From NCBI RefSeq assembly GCF_009914755.1, contig NC_060940.1: a stretch of DNA of 64,000 bases, one strand, 5' to 3'. This document shows, one piece after another, positions 14,283-29,213 of this stretch. This DNA comes from the human T2T-CHM13v2.0 reference genome, Homo sapiens. Both the position numbers and the translations under genes were made by a program. Numbering within the stretch: the first letter of the stretch is position 1; each line of letters starts with the position of its first letter. The notes beneath the pieces were generated by a model. The model was not told the origin of the DNA. It saw only the letters and a program-made list of their open reading frames with translations, and ran no database searches.

Positions 14283-14394
14283 CTCAGCTATGCCGTACAG
14301 AGGGTCCACGATCTCCTTCTCAACAAAGACTTCGTGCTGGGAGAGCTCGAGAGCCAGCTGATTCTCAGCATCTCCACACGTCTCCAGCATCTTC
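14283..14394 (-). CDS. ARHGAP17: ARHGAP17 coding exon 5 (G-KMLETCGDAENQLALELSQHEVFVEKEIVDPLYGIAE), 112 nt
   Basis: Acceptor tcttgtttttaaag|G, donor GAG|GTGGGT; BAR-domain sequence. Confidence 0.96.
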
Positions 14395-15029
14395 CTTTAA
14401 AAACAAGACCCCCAACAACGAGCACGTGCTCATTAAATCAGGCACTGGATTATCGTGTGGATCAGTGCTGCTTGCCATACAACAGGAACGCATTAGGGTG
14501 CTACCTAACGAGCCTTGAAAATATTATAAATGTAGGGTACTGCCTAAAACATGAGTCCACAGATTTGTGCTTTAAAATAAAAATGACTGTCTCAGGGATG
14601 CACTTTGTGTGTGTGGGTGGCAGACAGATGTGTGAACAGTGAAATAACAAATTACTCAAGAATTAAATTCTCAAGTCAGGTGAAAGCCAAGTGTTCACAA
14701 AATACTCTGAAGATCTTTTAAATTAGACATTAAGTTCATTCCATGTTATCTTATGTCTGCGAGTCCAGCCTTGGCCAGGCTCCCTTTCTGCTATGCAGAT
14801 GAGCTAGCTGGCTAACACTTAAGGGCCCTGTTACATAAATATCATGTTTCCTTTTAGTTTGCTTGCGAACATGCAGCTGATATCATACAAAGTACACGTG
14901 CAGTGATATAACTCCACAGTCTCTATCCCTCCCTCCTCCCTCTCTCCTTTCCTTCCCCTCCACCCCTGCAAGCTCTCTATGGGGTTTTTTTGACACCAGA
15001 AATGCACGTTGCCTGGTGTGAGGTGGCCA

Positions 15030-15290
15030 TGGTGTCATAGTCAGGAACATGCTCTCTGGTGCCAAGCTGCCCAAGTCTGAATACAGGCTTTGCTCTTCTC
15101 CCACTGTGGGGTCTCAGGCAATTTCCCTGCCCTCTCTGTCAGTATCCTCGTCTGTAAAATGGGAGTGATGTTGTGTGTTAACATGGTTCTAAGTGCTGAT
15201 ATGACCTACCTCCTAGGTTGTTTTAAGGATTAAATGAGCTATTACTTGGAAAACACTTATAACCATGCTAGCACGCAGTATCACTCTGGT
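15030..15290 (+). mobile_element. MIR
   Basis: Core ctctctgtcagtatcctcgtctgtaaaatggga...acctacctcctaggttgttttaaggattaaatgag. Confidence 0.75.
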
Positions 15291-16127
15291 GTGATGAGGA
15301 TGGCCATAGCATGTGGAAGCACAAACAGGAAAAACTTCCAGGCTGGAGGGAAGGAGGATGCTGGCAGGTGGGCACAGGCCACCCTCCTCCCAGGGCCCCC
15401 AAACATGGAAGCAGACAGGAGAAAGGAATGGTGACGAATGGGAGGAAACTGTTCTAGGACAGCGAGATAACTGTAGACGCTGAGAAATGGACTGAAAAGT
15501 CTGAAGGCCTCGTCCTGCTGGGAAGCAGGGCCCATGTCACAGCCAGAGAGAGCAGACAGGGCTAGAGAACACCAGCCTTGCTGCAGGAGCAGACAGAAGG
15601 GTATACCTTCCCTCCTACAATAAAAACTGCTTTGTTCTTACTTATATAAATTATTTAAAGAATACATGACAATTGTAAAAAAAAAAAAAAATCCAAGTAA
15701 TTCAGAAAATACACTCTTTTTAGATAACTACCATGGACGTTTTGGTGACCGCCTGTAAACGATGTGACTAAGAACTGAAAGGGTCTGGTCAGAGTTTCTA
15801 AATCTGAGCCAACACCTGGAACACAGAAGGGACCACATTCTTTCTGTCCAAGATTAGGGGAATAGGCATTGACCCTATCAGTTGCTTTTTTGTTAATGGC
15901 CCTTTCTGCCATCCAACTCCAGCCTGACACCTACTAAAAGGAAGATTCTCCAGCAACCTGGCGGCCTTGACCCCACTTTCTCCCAAGGAGTCTCAGCCGG
16001 TCTCCTAGCGGATGAGCCATGCCATCAACGCTCACAGTTCCTCTCACAGGTCCTACATACACCACCTGGCCCAGCCACTTCCACCAATCTACATGGCACT
16101 TGGCACTCTGAAGGCAGCAACTCTTAC

Positions 16128-16201
16128 CCCAGGAGAGAGTCTTCCAGCTGAGTCGATGCTTCTTGCATATTTTGAGCAAGAGCTGTCAGAGGCAGTTTTT
16201 T
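16128..16201 (-). CDS. ARHGAP17: ARHGAP17 coding exon 4 (KKLPLTALAQNMQEASTQLEDSLL-G), 74 nt
   Basis: Acceptor tcttctatcttccag|AAA, donor GG|GTAAGA; frame continuous. Confidence 0.96.
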
Positions 16202-16452
16202 CTGGAAGATAGAAGACAGTGTGTGTTTTTCTCATTATTTGATACCCATTCTCAATGATCTTTTTCAGATCATCATTCATTAATTTCTCCCTCCAGGCAA
16301 ATTACACAGGTAGGAGACAGCCTGTCTGGGTTCAGGTTCTGGTCTCACAGATATTAGTTGTATGATGATCTCTGTTTCAGTTTGGGGCTATCTGTTGACT
16401 AAAGAAAACATATCAAGTACCTAACACATTGTAAGTATTCAGTAAATGTTAG

Positions 16453-16845
<393 letters not shown>

Positions 16846-16945
16846 TGACAGAGACATAGACCTTGCTCTCTAAATGGTTATCCTGACAGGTAAATGCAAT
16901 GAAGTGCTCAATTTCAAAAGCTTTTGCTAGAACACTCATTCTTAA

Positions 16946-17249
<304 letters not shown>

Positions 17250-18556
17250 AAACTGGCTCTTAATTTGGCTATCATTCTAAAATGTAGCTTTATTTAAATA
17301 CCTAAAAACTTCTAGCTAAAGAGCCAGTTTTTGTAATATTTTTAAATACAAAGCCACTCATTTTCCTATCAGAGATTTGTTTTCCAGCTGGCAATGACCA
17401 CAGAATCACCTGATCTAATGTTATAATCATACAGTCAAGGAACCCAAAGCCGAAGGAGGTCAAGTGGCCTGGCCAGGCATCCCAGGGAGACGCAGGAAAG
17501 TCAGACCTGAGTGCTGATGGCCCGGGCCTCTGTTCAGTGTCTTCCCTACGGGCCAATGGCTTATCTCAGGAGAGGCCTGGCAATTACAAGTGGGCTGGTT
17601 ATAACGTCATAATCTGCTAACAAAAAAATGCTTTCAATTCTGCAGCATCCCATGTAATTTCACCTGCCCAGCAGAAAGGGCATTCATGTTAAAAACACAG
17701 GGTCCACCCCTGACATGTCACTTGCCTCTTCTGCCTCCAAAGGGCTCCATCTGATACAATCACATATGCACTGGCTTGTACTGGACAGAATATCTCTGCA
17801 AGGCTATACAACAAACTACTAAGAGCAGGGGCTCTGGAGGAGGGAACTGGGTGCCTGGGGAAATGGGCTAGGAGGCACTTCACTGTAAGTTCTTTTGTAT
17901 ATTCTGAATTTTGACCGTGTAAATGTAGAACCTATTCAAAACAGTAAGCTGAAATTTAAAAATAAACAGAGGCATTTACTCATTTCCCCTCTCCCCAAAT
18001 TATTGATTTTTAAATTTTTTGTAGAGACAAGGTCTCACTATGTTGCCCAGGCTGGTCTCAAACTCCTAGTCTCAAGCAATCCTCCCACCTCGGCTTCCTA
18101 CAAAATTATTTTCAAATAAATAAATAATGGGCTCCATCTGCACTACAAGGAGACTATTCCCAGCTGCCCCATTTCTGGACAAGGAAGACATGAGAATAAT
18201 AGGGGATAATTCCTACCTTTTGGTTATGCTGCCTTTCTAAAGGAGGTTAAATACCTATTAAAGATCAATGCAATAATCAAGACAAATATATTGTGCAACT
18301 CTGGAACTCTAGGAGTCTATGGAAAAAAAATAATAGAAAACTCTATTTTGACAAGCATCACTCAAGATGGCAGCTGTAAATAGTTTTGTGGTTTCCCTAA
18401 CCTGACCCCAAAGCCACAACAATCTTGTTTCCTATGTACATAAATAAGGAAACTGCTTAACATATGGGCTCATTAATCAAGTATCAACACTGAACTCCTC
18501 CACAGGGAGGGCTTCGTGCTTCCTAGAGGTGAACAGCTTTCTATCATCAGGGATAA

Positions 18557-18753
18557 TTTTTTTTTTTTTTTAAGACAGGGTCTGGCTCTGTTGCCCAGGC
18601 TGGAGGTCAGTGACGCGATCTCAGCTCACTGCAACCCACTTCCGGGGTTTTGCCATGTTGCACAGGCTGGTATCGACTCCTGAGCTCAAGCAATCCACCC
18701 ACCTTGGCCTCCCAAAGTGCTGAGATTACAGGAGTGCAGCACCATGCCTGGCC
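18557..18753 (-). mobile_element. Alu with internal deletion
   Basis: Right-arm end fused to left-arm portion. Confidence 0.85.
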
Positions 18754-19767
18754 AGGGATGAATTTTAAATGCTCTAAAGACTTAATTTGTAAAATGCATG
18801 CCAATCGCACAAAAAGAAATAATTCTCTAATCTAATAATCTATCTTATCTGACCCACGACAGTTCTGCCATGTCAATGGTGGCTGGGCTGCAAAGGTCAC
18901 CTGCCTCATGTCTCTCTCTTCCCTTCTATTCTTGCCTCTTCCCATGCAGGAAGCATGTTATGAGGCCTTTGGGAGGTTCCTCCTGTGTTTTCTAGAGCCC
19001 TGGAGACTGCTGCAATTTTCTCCATATTAGTCTTCTCTCACCATTGTTGTGGTAACTCCTCTTCCCAAGTGCAAAGTGTAGGCATCCTCAAAGCCCTGTC
19101 TTTGGCACTTTCGTTTGACGTTGGAAAAGGAAAGCTAAAGCATTAGGTTTCAGAAATGAGGGCCAAGCACTTTGCCCCAGCTGCCTGGAATATTCCCACC
19201 ACCTGCCACTAATTTCCCTCCTTTATAGGGCAGACACCACCTCCTCCAGGAAGCCTCACCTAACTACCTCCCTCTTCCTCTGGTACCCATTCTGGGCCCC
19301 CCATAAAACCCTGTGCATGTTTTATTGAGCATCTTGTTTTATAATGATCCATTTGTATGTATCTCCCCCATGAGACCATGAAAACTTACATTTCATTCAT
19401 TTTATATCTCCAGCACTTGTACACAGTAGGTGTTTGATAAATATTTGTTTCTATTGAATATATGTCTTGGACTGCGTCTCAAGGAAGACAACAGGAACTA
19501 GATAGAACTGTGAGGGACAGTGACATATTTGGGGACTGGTGAGTGTTATGTGGCTGGCACAGGGTGTGAACGGGAAGCAGCAGGAGACAATGAAGCTGAT
19601 AAGGAGAAATGGAATCAGCTGAGAAAGGGCTTAAGTCATCTAAAGAGTGTGGACTTTATCCCAGGCAATGGGAACCAGCCAGTGTCCCTCAGAAGAAGCA
19701 CTTCTAACATTAAGATACTTCCTGTGTGGAACTATTTCACCAGGCACTACAAAACATTTAGCATCTT

Positions 19768-20072
19768 GGCCAGGCACGGAGGCTCACGCCTATAACCCCA
19801 GCACTTCGGGAGGCCGAGGAGGGAGGATCACTTGAGGTCAGGAGTTGGAAACCAGCCTGGTCAACATGGTGAAATCCTGTCTCTACTAAAAATACAAAAA
19901 TTAGCCAGGCTTGGTGGCGTGCACCTGTAGTCCCAGCTACTCGGGAGGCTGAGGTGGGAGAATCGTTTGAACCGGGTGGTGGAGGATGCAGTGAGCCGGG
20001 ATCAACCACTGCGCTCCAGCCTGGGCGACACAGCAAGATTCCATCTCAAAAAACAAACAAACAAACAAAAAA
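19768..20072 (+). mobile_element. Alu
   Basis: Full Alu; TSD ttagcatct. Confidence 0.93.
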
Positions 20073-20074
20073 TG

Positions 20075-20199
20075 CTTAGCATCTCGGTTCACCCTCCAAA
20101 TGCCAGTGGTGCCTGCCAGTCCCTGTGATGACCGAACTGTCTCTACACATTTCCATATGCCCCCAGGGGTGTAATTCTGGTCCCTGTTAAGAACCACTG
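20075..20199 (-). mobile_element. MER20-like fragment
   Basis: ...atttccatatgcccccaggggtgtaattctggtccctgttaagaaccactg terminus. Confidence 0.55.
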
Positions 20200-20483
20200 A
20201 GCCAAGATTTTTTTTTTTAGGCAGGAGGATAATAGGGTTGATTTGTGTTTCAGGAAATTGACTCTGGTGATCAGGTTGAAGACAGACTGGAAAGGAAATT
20301 ACAGACAGGAAATGTAGCTCAGGAGGTGACTACAACAGTCCAGGTGAGAGGGAGTCAGGTCTTGCATTAAGGCCAAGGTGGTAGAGATGCAATGGAGATG
20401 AGCAATTTAAAATATTCACAGAGAGAAATCAAAGGACTTTCTAATTAGGCAGTTATGGGGTTTGGAGGATAAAATAAAAGCGA

Positions 20484-20788
20484 GGCCCAGCACAGTAGCT
20501 CATGCCTGTAATCCCAACACTTTGAGAGGCCAAGGCGGGAGAACTGCTTGAGCCCAGGAGTTCAAGACCAGCCTGGGCAACAGATGAGACCTCATCTCTA
20601 CTACGAAAAAAACAAACAAACAATTAGCCAGGCTTGGTGGCGCAAGCCTGTAGTCCCAGCTACTTAAAGGTTGAGGTCGAAGGATGGCTTGAGCCCAGGA
20701 GGTTAATGTTGCAATGGGCCGGGATCGTGCCACTACACTCCAGCACGGACAACAGAGTGAGACCCTGTCTTGAAAATAAAAAATAACA
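20484..20788 (+). mobile_element. Alu (AluJ-like)
   Basis: Alu consensus. Confidence 0.92.
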
Positions 20789-21863
20789 AGGAATATAAGA
20801 AAGCCCCCCAGTTTCCAGCCTGCATAAAAGGGTGGATGGAATTCAGAGAGTCAACACAGAAGGAAGAACTGATCATGCATGCTAGAATAGACATCTAAGA
20901 GAGGAAGTTTTTTGCTTGGTTGAAAATGGCTTAGAAGTCACTGGCATAAACACATCAGTTAGAAGCCATAAGAACAGAGGAGGTGGCCCAGAGAATATGA
21001 CTTGGAGAATAAGAGAAGCAGAGAACTTAATGAAACAATGTGAAAAGGGTAAGCAGAGCAGAAGAAGGCAACAGAAGGACAAGGAGCTCCAGGAAGCAGA
21101 ACCAGTAGGCTGGGTCTGGTTCCGAGGGACAGAGCTTTGAGGCAAGTGTGGAAGCATAGGTGTATGCAAACTTCCATTCCTATGACAGACATGATTGCAG
21201 AATCCTCACTGTTGTGCAAGAGTGGAAAAACCCTGCTGCCAGGGTGCCCCATAAAAGTCTGTAGGAAACATAAAAGGGTAACACAGATCATCTGCATACT
21301 ATTAATAGTTCTCACTTTTGAGACACCTGGTGACAATACACCAAATCATAGCTTCCCTGTGTGTCACCGAAACTGTCACTTCAATGTTGCATGGGGTCTA
21401 AGGTTTACCGCATGCTCATAAGCTGGGGACTTGTAAAAGCAAGGATGGAACTCCCTCATGAACAAAGGCTGCTGTGCTCCACTGGCTCTACCTAGGAACT
21501 GAACGCTCTGAACAAGTGGACCTTGGAAAAGACACCGGATGGCTCTCCTAGAGTCCATCCCTCTTCCTCTCTATACTAGTATCCTGATTTTTCTCAGGGA
21601 TCTACCCTGGCCTTGATAAAGTCTATGAGCTAGGAGTAGGACCACAGCCCATGCTCTAGGTCTGGGCCAAACTAACTTAAACCAATCGGCACATCCCATC
21701 TCCTCACCCCACCTCACCCCCTATCCATGGTAACTAGGGTGGAACAGAAACAGTCAAAAACGGGGAATGTAACTCCACACAAATCAATGCAATGGAACGC
21801 GCTTTCAATCTGCCAAGAGCTTGGAAAAAGCAGCTTTCTCACTCCATCAAGAAAAACTACTGG

Positions 21864-22258
21864 GGCCAAGTATGGTGGCTCATGCCTGTAATTCCAGCAC
21901 TTTGGAAGGCCCAGGTGGGAGGACTGCTTGAGGCCAGGAGTTCTACATCAGCCTAGGTAACAAAGCAAGATCCCCATCTCTACAAAAAAATTTAAAAAAT
22001 TAGCCAGGCATGGTGGTGTGTACTGTGGTCTCAGCTGCTTGGGAGACTGAAGCAGGAGGATCTCTTGAGCCCAGGAGTTTGAGGCTGCAGTGAGCTGTGA
22101 CTGTACTACCACACTACAGCCTGGGTCATGGAGTGAGACCCTGTCAGGAAAGAAAAGAAAAGAAAGAGAAGAGAAGGGAAAGGAAAGGGGAAAGGGGAAA
22201 GGGAAGGGAAGCAAAAAGAAAAGAAAAAAGAAAAAGAGGCGAGAGGGGAGGGGAGGGG
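21864..22258 (+). mobile_element. Alu (AluJ-like) with expanded polypurine tail
   Basis: TSD aactactggg at 21855 and 22259 brackets the Alu plus the G/A tract. Confidence 0.9.
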
Positions 22259-22833
22259 AACTACTGGGAGAGAGGCTCTCTACTCCCACTGGCCACACTC
22301 AAGGAACAAGCAGCCCATAGAAGCTGCCAATAGCCAACTTGCCATCATGAGGATGCCTGTCTAGGGACAAAGCAGACACTGAGGGCACAGGAGAGAGAAG
22401 GAAAGAAACTGGGTTTTTCATTACATTACTGAAATGTTAGATAAACCCTGACCTCAAGTCCATCCCAACCTCTGGACTTTTCAGTTAGCAAACCAATACA
22501 TTACTTCTACTTCAATGTCAATTTAAGACAGGCTTTCCGCTTTCTGCCAGCAAAAGATGCATAACCGACACAGCCATTCTCTTATCAATGACACATGATC
22601 GTGGAGCTTTTAAAAGCACCTGGAGAAGATTCCGTGTAAGGAGGGCTTCCAGCCCAGCGATGTCTTAAACACAAAAGAATGCTATGGTCACGCAGGTGTC
22701 ATGAGCGTGCTTGGTGATAGAAGTCACCAAAGGCTGATCCACTGATGCCACTTAGGACAACCAACCAATCCAGGGGTTGAAAAGCCTCAGAGAGACGCAG
22801 GAACTGTGGGTCTGAGTCACATCTGATACTCAC

Positions 22834-22938
22834 GTGTCTCCTCTCGGCATCGGTGCCATGCTGGCCCTGGAAACATGCCACCAAGCGCTTATGGGAATGG
22901 TGGCATATTGACCGCACCGTGTCCAGGCGTCTCTCAAT
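22834..22938 (-). CDS. ARHGAP17: ARHGAP17 coding exon 3 (IERRLDTVRSICHHSHKRLVACFQGQHGTDAERRH), 105 nt
   Basis: Acceptor tctctgccttgtcag|ATT, donor CAC|GTGAGT; peptide visible in ORF 22699..22956. Confidence 0.97.
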
Positions 22939-24169
22939 CTGACAAGGCAGAGACAAAAGAGAACAAATTCATCCTCTTTCTTTTGTGGTGTCTGCATGCT
23001 GGTAGGAAAAGCATGGCTGAATCTACATGCAGGGAAAAGGGATGATCTTGGCTACACCTTGCTATCACACTGAGTGGCGCCAGTCAGTTTACACACTACA
23101 GCACCAGAAAAGCACCAGGTTGGACCAGGCAGAAATGAAAATGAATGATCCGGGCCCAGACCCACTGCCAACTGGAAAAAACCAGAGATGCCAAAGAGCT
23201 CTCTCCAGTTCATGGCAACTGAGCCTTCCACACAATGTACATCAGACAGAAGCAGCAAAATAAACGTTCCACAATTTAACTGCAAGATCTGTGTTTTCAA
23301 AATTATTCCTTATTGGGTTTGGGGTGTGTGTGTGTGTGTTTTAAATAAACCTCTAAAGCAGAATGGACAGTCAGCAATAAGAAACACTGACTTAGGGGAC
23401 CCACGCATCATAAGCAGCTTCCCAAAATACTATTGCTAGAATATGGCTGTTTATGGCAAAGAGAGCCGCTTTTTACAGGAAGGAATGCCAAAAATGTGTA
23501 TTCTGATGACTCATGAAGAATGAGAGCAGGCCCTTTGGGATGCTTTCTATTTTAAAGATAAATCAACAAATTCAAAACAGAATACATTTGACCCCAAACC
23601 ATTTTACGCATCGAGATGGTCTGTGCCTCTTTCTCAAAAGGGCAGCGTTTCTTCAGATCCAAGCCCATAGCCCCAGGACTCAGGGCTGGCAGGCAATGGG
23701 AGATTTAGGAGCAGATTCCACATTACCTTCCCCAAATCTTGCAATGACCAGATTTTCAAACATTAGAAAACTAATCCACATTCATTTGCCACCAGAGAAA
23801 AGCAAAAAATGAACAAATTCCATGATTTAATTTTGATTCCAATTTCCACTAGAATGTAAACTCCACAAGGACAGAAGCCTGGATCTGTTTTGTTCACTGA
23901 TTTCTCCCAGTGCCTGGGACGTTATCTTTCACAGAAACAGAAGGTGCTCATTTAATATTCGTTGAGAGGGCCCATGTCTACTGAGTTCCTGTGCAAGGTA
24001 TTCAAGAATCAACAGCAAATAAATGCTGGTTCTGCCCCGCTGGGATGCACAGCCCCCTGGGGAAATGCCACACAACTGCTCTAACAGAGACTGAAAAAAA
24101 GGCAGAAGAACACAGGGCAAATCAAGGGATGTTTCACGTCAGAAACAGACAGTCTCTGTGGCTTGCAGT

Positions 24170-24412
24170 GGCAGTAATAATAATAGATCACTAATATCTA
24201 GCACTTACCACGTGCCAGGCTCCGTTCCCAGTGCTGTTCCTGCTTAACTCATTAAACCCTCCTAACAACCTGTGAGGTGGATAAGGCCTTTCCCTCAGTT
24301 TAGAGAAGTGGAAACTGAGGCGCAGGGAAGTTCAGTAAATCCCTGAGGCCACAAAGCTAACCAGCGCAGACGTGAGATTCGAACCCAGGTAGCTGGGTTT
24401 CAGATCCCCTTT
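24170..24412 (-). mobile_element. MIR
   Basis: ttaactcattaaaccctcctaacaacctgtgagg...gtggaaactgaggcgcagggaag...gattcgaacccagg. Confidence 0.75.
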
Positions 24413-24583
24413 TCATCATCATGCAACAAAACTGTTTTCTTTCCTGCTCAAAATCACACTAATTAATTTTATTCTGTTTCTGGTTAAAAAAAAAAAAAAA
24501 AAAGCCCACAGGCCTCAATTCTCACATAGGAATTTTTTTCCATCCTTTAAACAGATCATTTAAAGGAGACTATATTTTGTTAC

Positions 24584-24623
24584 CTGTAATAGATCTTCAC
24601 TAAGGACTTCTGTTTTCTCAGCT
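24584..24623 (-). CDS. ARHGAP17: ARHGAP17 coding exon 2 (R-AEKTEVLSEDLLQ), 40 nt
   Basis: Acceptor tttttcccacag|A, donor CAG|GTAACA; frame continuous with exons 1 and 3. Confidence 0.96.
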
Positions 24624-24861
24624 CTGTGGGAAAAATTAAAAATTCAGAGTTAGAAATCCAAAAATGAAAGGCAACTCCTAAAATTTAATAATTATTAGCC
24701 TGGAGTTTAAAGCAAAACAGGCAGAAATAAATTTAGAAGGGTTGGCAGGGGCAGTTTACCAATTTTTACATCAGAGAGCAATTTAAGCAAAACCAAAGAA
24801 AAATAACTAAGCAAAACTTTGTGGGGAATAGCAGCCCAAAACAAGAACAAATGATCCTGAG

Positions 24862-25047
24862 TAGTGGTTCTCAAATTTGAGCAGGCACAGAATCACCAAG
24901 GGCAGCAGGTGCTGATATAAAATGCCATTTCCCAGGTCCCTCTGGATATTCTATTCTAATTCAATAGACCCTGCATTTTTAACAGCCACTCCTTGCTCAG
25001 AATTCCATTGCAGGAGGTCTAGAGACATGGCTTTGAGAAAACACTGT
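24862..25047. mobile_element. MER5A-like hAT element
   Basis: agtggttctcaaatttgagcagg...ctttgagaaacactg termini. Confidence 0.7.
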
Positions 25048-25178
25048 TCTACAGAAGCTTAAACTTCAGTTCACAACCAGAAACGTTATGCAAAGATGCA
25101 AGCCTAGACCACCACACACAATAACAATTAGTTCCTCCTTCAAATTTCCTCTCCATCCTTACTTTGAAAAGAAACTAA

Positions 25179-25665
<487 letters not shown>

Positions 25666-27725
25666 TCAGCTCTGAACAGTGAAGGGAGTCAGGGGAAGGC
25701 TGTCAATGAACCGGAAATTCAGAACAGGGATTGTATGATCTTGGCCGGGAACCAATGCAAGAGCAGGAAAAGCTCTTGGGCCAGAAAGTAAATGAGACCC
25801 CTAGAATGACCTCGAAATGCTGCTAAGCTCAGAGTAGTGCCAACTGTGGGCAAGGGAAAGAAGCGCACAGCTCCTCCAGTCTACACTTAAGGCAATGGCA
25901 CGTTAGCCAGAACAGGGCATTGCCATGGGGGATTCTAACACTTGTCATCATGGCACTGTCCCAGTCAACCTGGAGATGCCTACAGGGTGGCTCACTCACC
26001 AGTTTCTGCAGGAAACTGGAATGCTGACCTGACTCAAATACTTCCCAGGGCCAGAGGATCAGGGCCTAGAGACAAAGCCAAGGCCCCAGCTTCCAGAGGC
26101 AGCCAATTTTCAACTCTATGAAAAGGTTCCACCAGCAACAGGCCAACATATGCTACCCTAGACCTTGCTTGGCAAGCAAGGTGCCAGGCATTGCTGAAGA
26201 GCCAAACACAGGTAGTCATACCAGTTAGGGAAGGGAAGCAGGGCCCCAGCTGACCATGAGGTCAAAGAACCAGACTCAAAAAGAAACCTGACAGTCAGCC
26301 TAGCAAGAACACACCTGGCATGAGATCGTCATAGTTTCACCATTAGACGCCCCCATTCCTCTCGCCAATGCCTCATCCCTCCTTTAGCAAAATGCCACCA
26401 GGGAATGGGTAACTTTTGCCTTTCTTCCCTAGCCAAAACCCCCAAATCTGGACAGGGCCCTGTATACCTCTCACAGAATCCACCTCAACTCTAAAATGAC
26501 TTCCTTCTGTAAGTACGAGTATACACAGAGAAGTCTCAAGGCCTATTAAAATTTTCACAAGTTCAAAAAAAGAGATTCAACCTGAGAATCAGAACAAATA
26601 TGTCCTTTTTCAGAGCAAATTATTTTTTAAAAAATAACAGAAGAAGAGAAGAACTTGCTCTACAATCCCAATGTGGGCTATAAGCAGATGTGGGAAAGTT
26701 AGTAATAGCTCAGAGGTATGCTAGAGCCAACTCAGACCAACCAACCATGTGCATCTTCTCCCAACTCCTTGCTCAGTAACCTCACACTGGTACTTGAAAT
26801 CAAAAACATAAACAACTGCAAACAATTCAAATAGGAGCTTGGCAGTTGTTAAACAGTTATGAGCACAGTGCTGCAACAGCCACAAAGAAAATAAAGCAAA
26901 CATAAAAACGAGGCAAGTATTAACTTCAGGAAAAACAAAAAGTCCACTGGAAACATAAAGATAGTCATAGTAACTAGTATGCTCAGCTGCAAATAATTGA
27001 TTGGACATAATATAAATATCAAATAGTAATACAATGAAAAATTATAACTGTATTGAAAGGATGGGGGGAGCAGAAGCAGAGGGAAAGGGCCCTAAACCCT
27101 CATTTATCAGAACAGAAAGTCAACAGACAGTAACTAATTTGATAACCCAAACGATAGTTTACACATATTACTTATAATTATGAATATGAATAAATGTCAC
27201 AATAAACTGTTAATATTTCAAAGTAGTTGCTTCTGGAGTTGGGAAATCTCAGAGAGTAGGGAGTGAACCCACCGTATTTTGTGGTAAGTCTTTTACTATA
27301 TTATTTGACTTTTTAAACTACATGAATCACAGTTTTGAGGTTTTTTAAAAATAGCATGTTACTTACACTTTTAAGTAGCATGCTTGATTGATATGGCCAG
27401 GGGTGAAGTGTGCCTAACTTAAAGAATTGGTCCAATGTCAAGCTCTACAAATGCACAACAGAAAACATACCTCAGAGTATCTAAAATGTAAAGAAAATCA
27501 GTGTATTTCCAGCCATTTTTTTCAAATTAACTGGACCCTCTGCTTTAGAGGTACTTTACATGAAAAGGTCTGGAGGCTGAAAACTATATTGAATATATTA
27601 TATGAAAATGTTAATGTACTGTTTAAAAAGAAATTTCCCCTTTGTTTCCTGTGTTTGTGGAGGCTATATATATATTACATTAATAAAATCAATTTTAGAT
27701 TTGCAGGCTTAGATTTTTTTTTTTA

Positions 27726-28070
<345 letters not shown>

Positions 28071-28579
28071 TTAAAAGTGATCTATAATTGGGAAGAATTA
28101 CTTTTAAGTGACAAATCATGACTATGGAGTATAATACACAAACTGGAATGGCTCCCTCACACAAAGATTCTTTGCTGGCCTGTGGACTCTCCATCTTAAT
28201 TTTCAGGCCTTGGTACTGTCTCCATCTATTCCAATAATGTGGTCCAAATGACCTGATCTCCCTCATCACTGTGACTGGTCCAAGCCTTGGTGCTTCCTAT
28301 CGTGAACTGTTTTGCAGTGTTCACCTTTACCAGAGATATGGAAAGTCCAGCAATTATTCCACTATCGGCCAAGGTGCCCATTCAATAGGCCATTCAATAG
28401 GCCATGTACGTAGGCCACAGAAATGTGCTGGTTTTTTCTGAGAAGTGTTATCTTTGGTTGAGTTTTTGTAATTTATTAAAGCAAGGCAGGGGGCAAGAGA
28501 CTGAATTCGTCAAGACATCTATAGACAAAAAAAAAACAGTAGACAAAGTGATCCAATCATAAAAAATAATACTTGATAA

Positions 28580-28582
<3 letters not shown>

Positions 28583-28620
<38 letters not shown>
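28583..28620. repeat. (AT)19 microsatellite abutting an Alu T19 tail
   Basis: Direct count. Confidence 0.95.
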
Positions 28621-28637
<17 letters not shown>

Positions 28638-29213
28638 TTGAGACAGGGTCTCGTTCTGTCACCCAGGCTGGAGTGCAGTGCCACAATCTCAGATCACTGC
28701 AATCTCTGCTTCTTGGGCTCTAGTGATACTCCCACCTCAGCCTACCAGGTAGCTGAGACTACAGGCATACACCACCACGCTCAGCTAATTTTTCTATTTT
28801 TAGTAGAGACAGGGTTTCACCATGTTGGCCAGGCTGGTCTCAAATTCCTGAGCTCAAGCGATCTGGCTGCCTTGGTCTCCCAGAGTGCTGGGATTATAGG
28901 CATGAGCCACCGTACGCGGCCAGATTTTTTTTTTTTTAAGACAAGGTTTTGCTCTACCTCCCATGCTGAGTGCAGTGGCCTGATCACAGCTCACAGCAGC
29001 CTTGAACTCCTAGGTTCAAGCTATCCTCCCACCTCAGCCTTCCAAGTAGCTGGGACGAGAGATGCGCACCATCATGCCCAGGTAATTTTTAAAATTTTTT
29101 TTATAGAGATGGATTCTCACTACATTGCCCAGGCTGGTCTCAAACTCCTGAGCTCAAGCCATCCTCCCGCCTCCAACTCCCAAAGTGCTAGGCGTGAGCC
29201 ACTGCGCCCAGCC
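28621..29213 (-). mobile_element. Two tandem antisense Alus (28621-28921, 28925-29213)
   Basis: Two consecutive antisense Alu bodies. Confidence 0.92.

Noticed and set aside
28378-28404. 12-bp tandem duplication ccattcaatagg x2
   Set aside because: Ordinary small slippage duplication with no further structure
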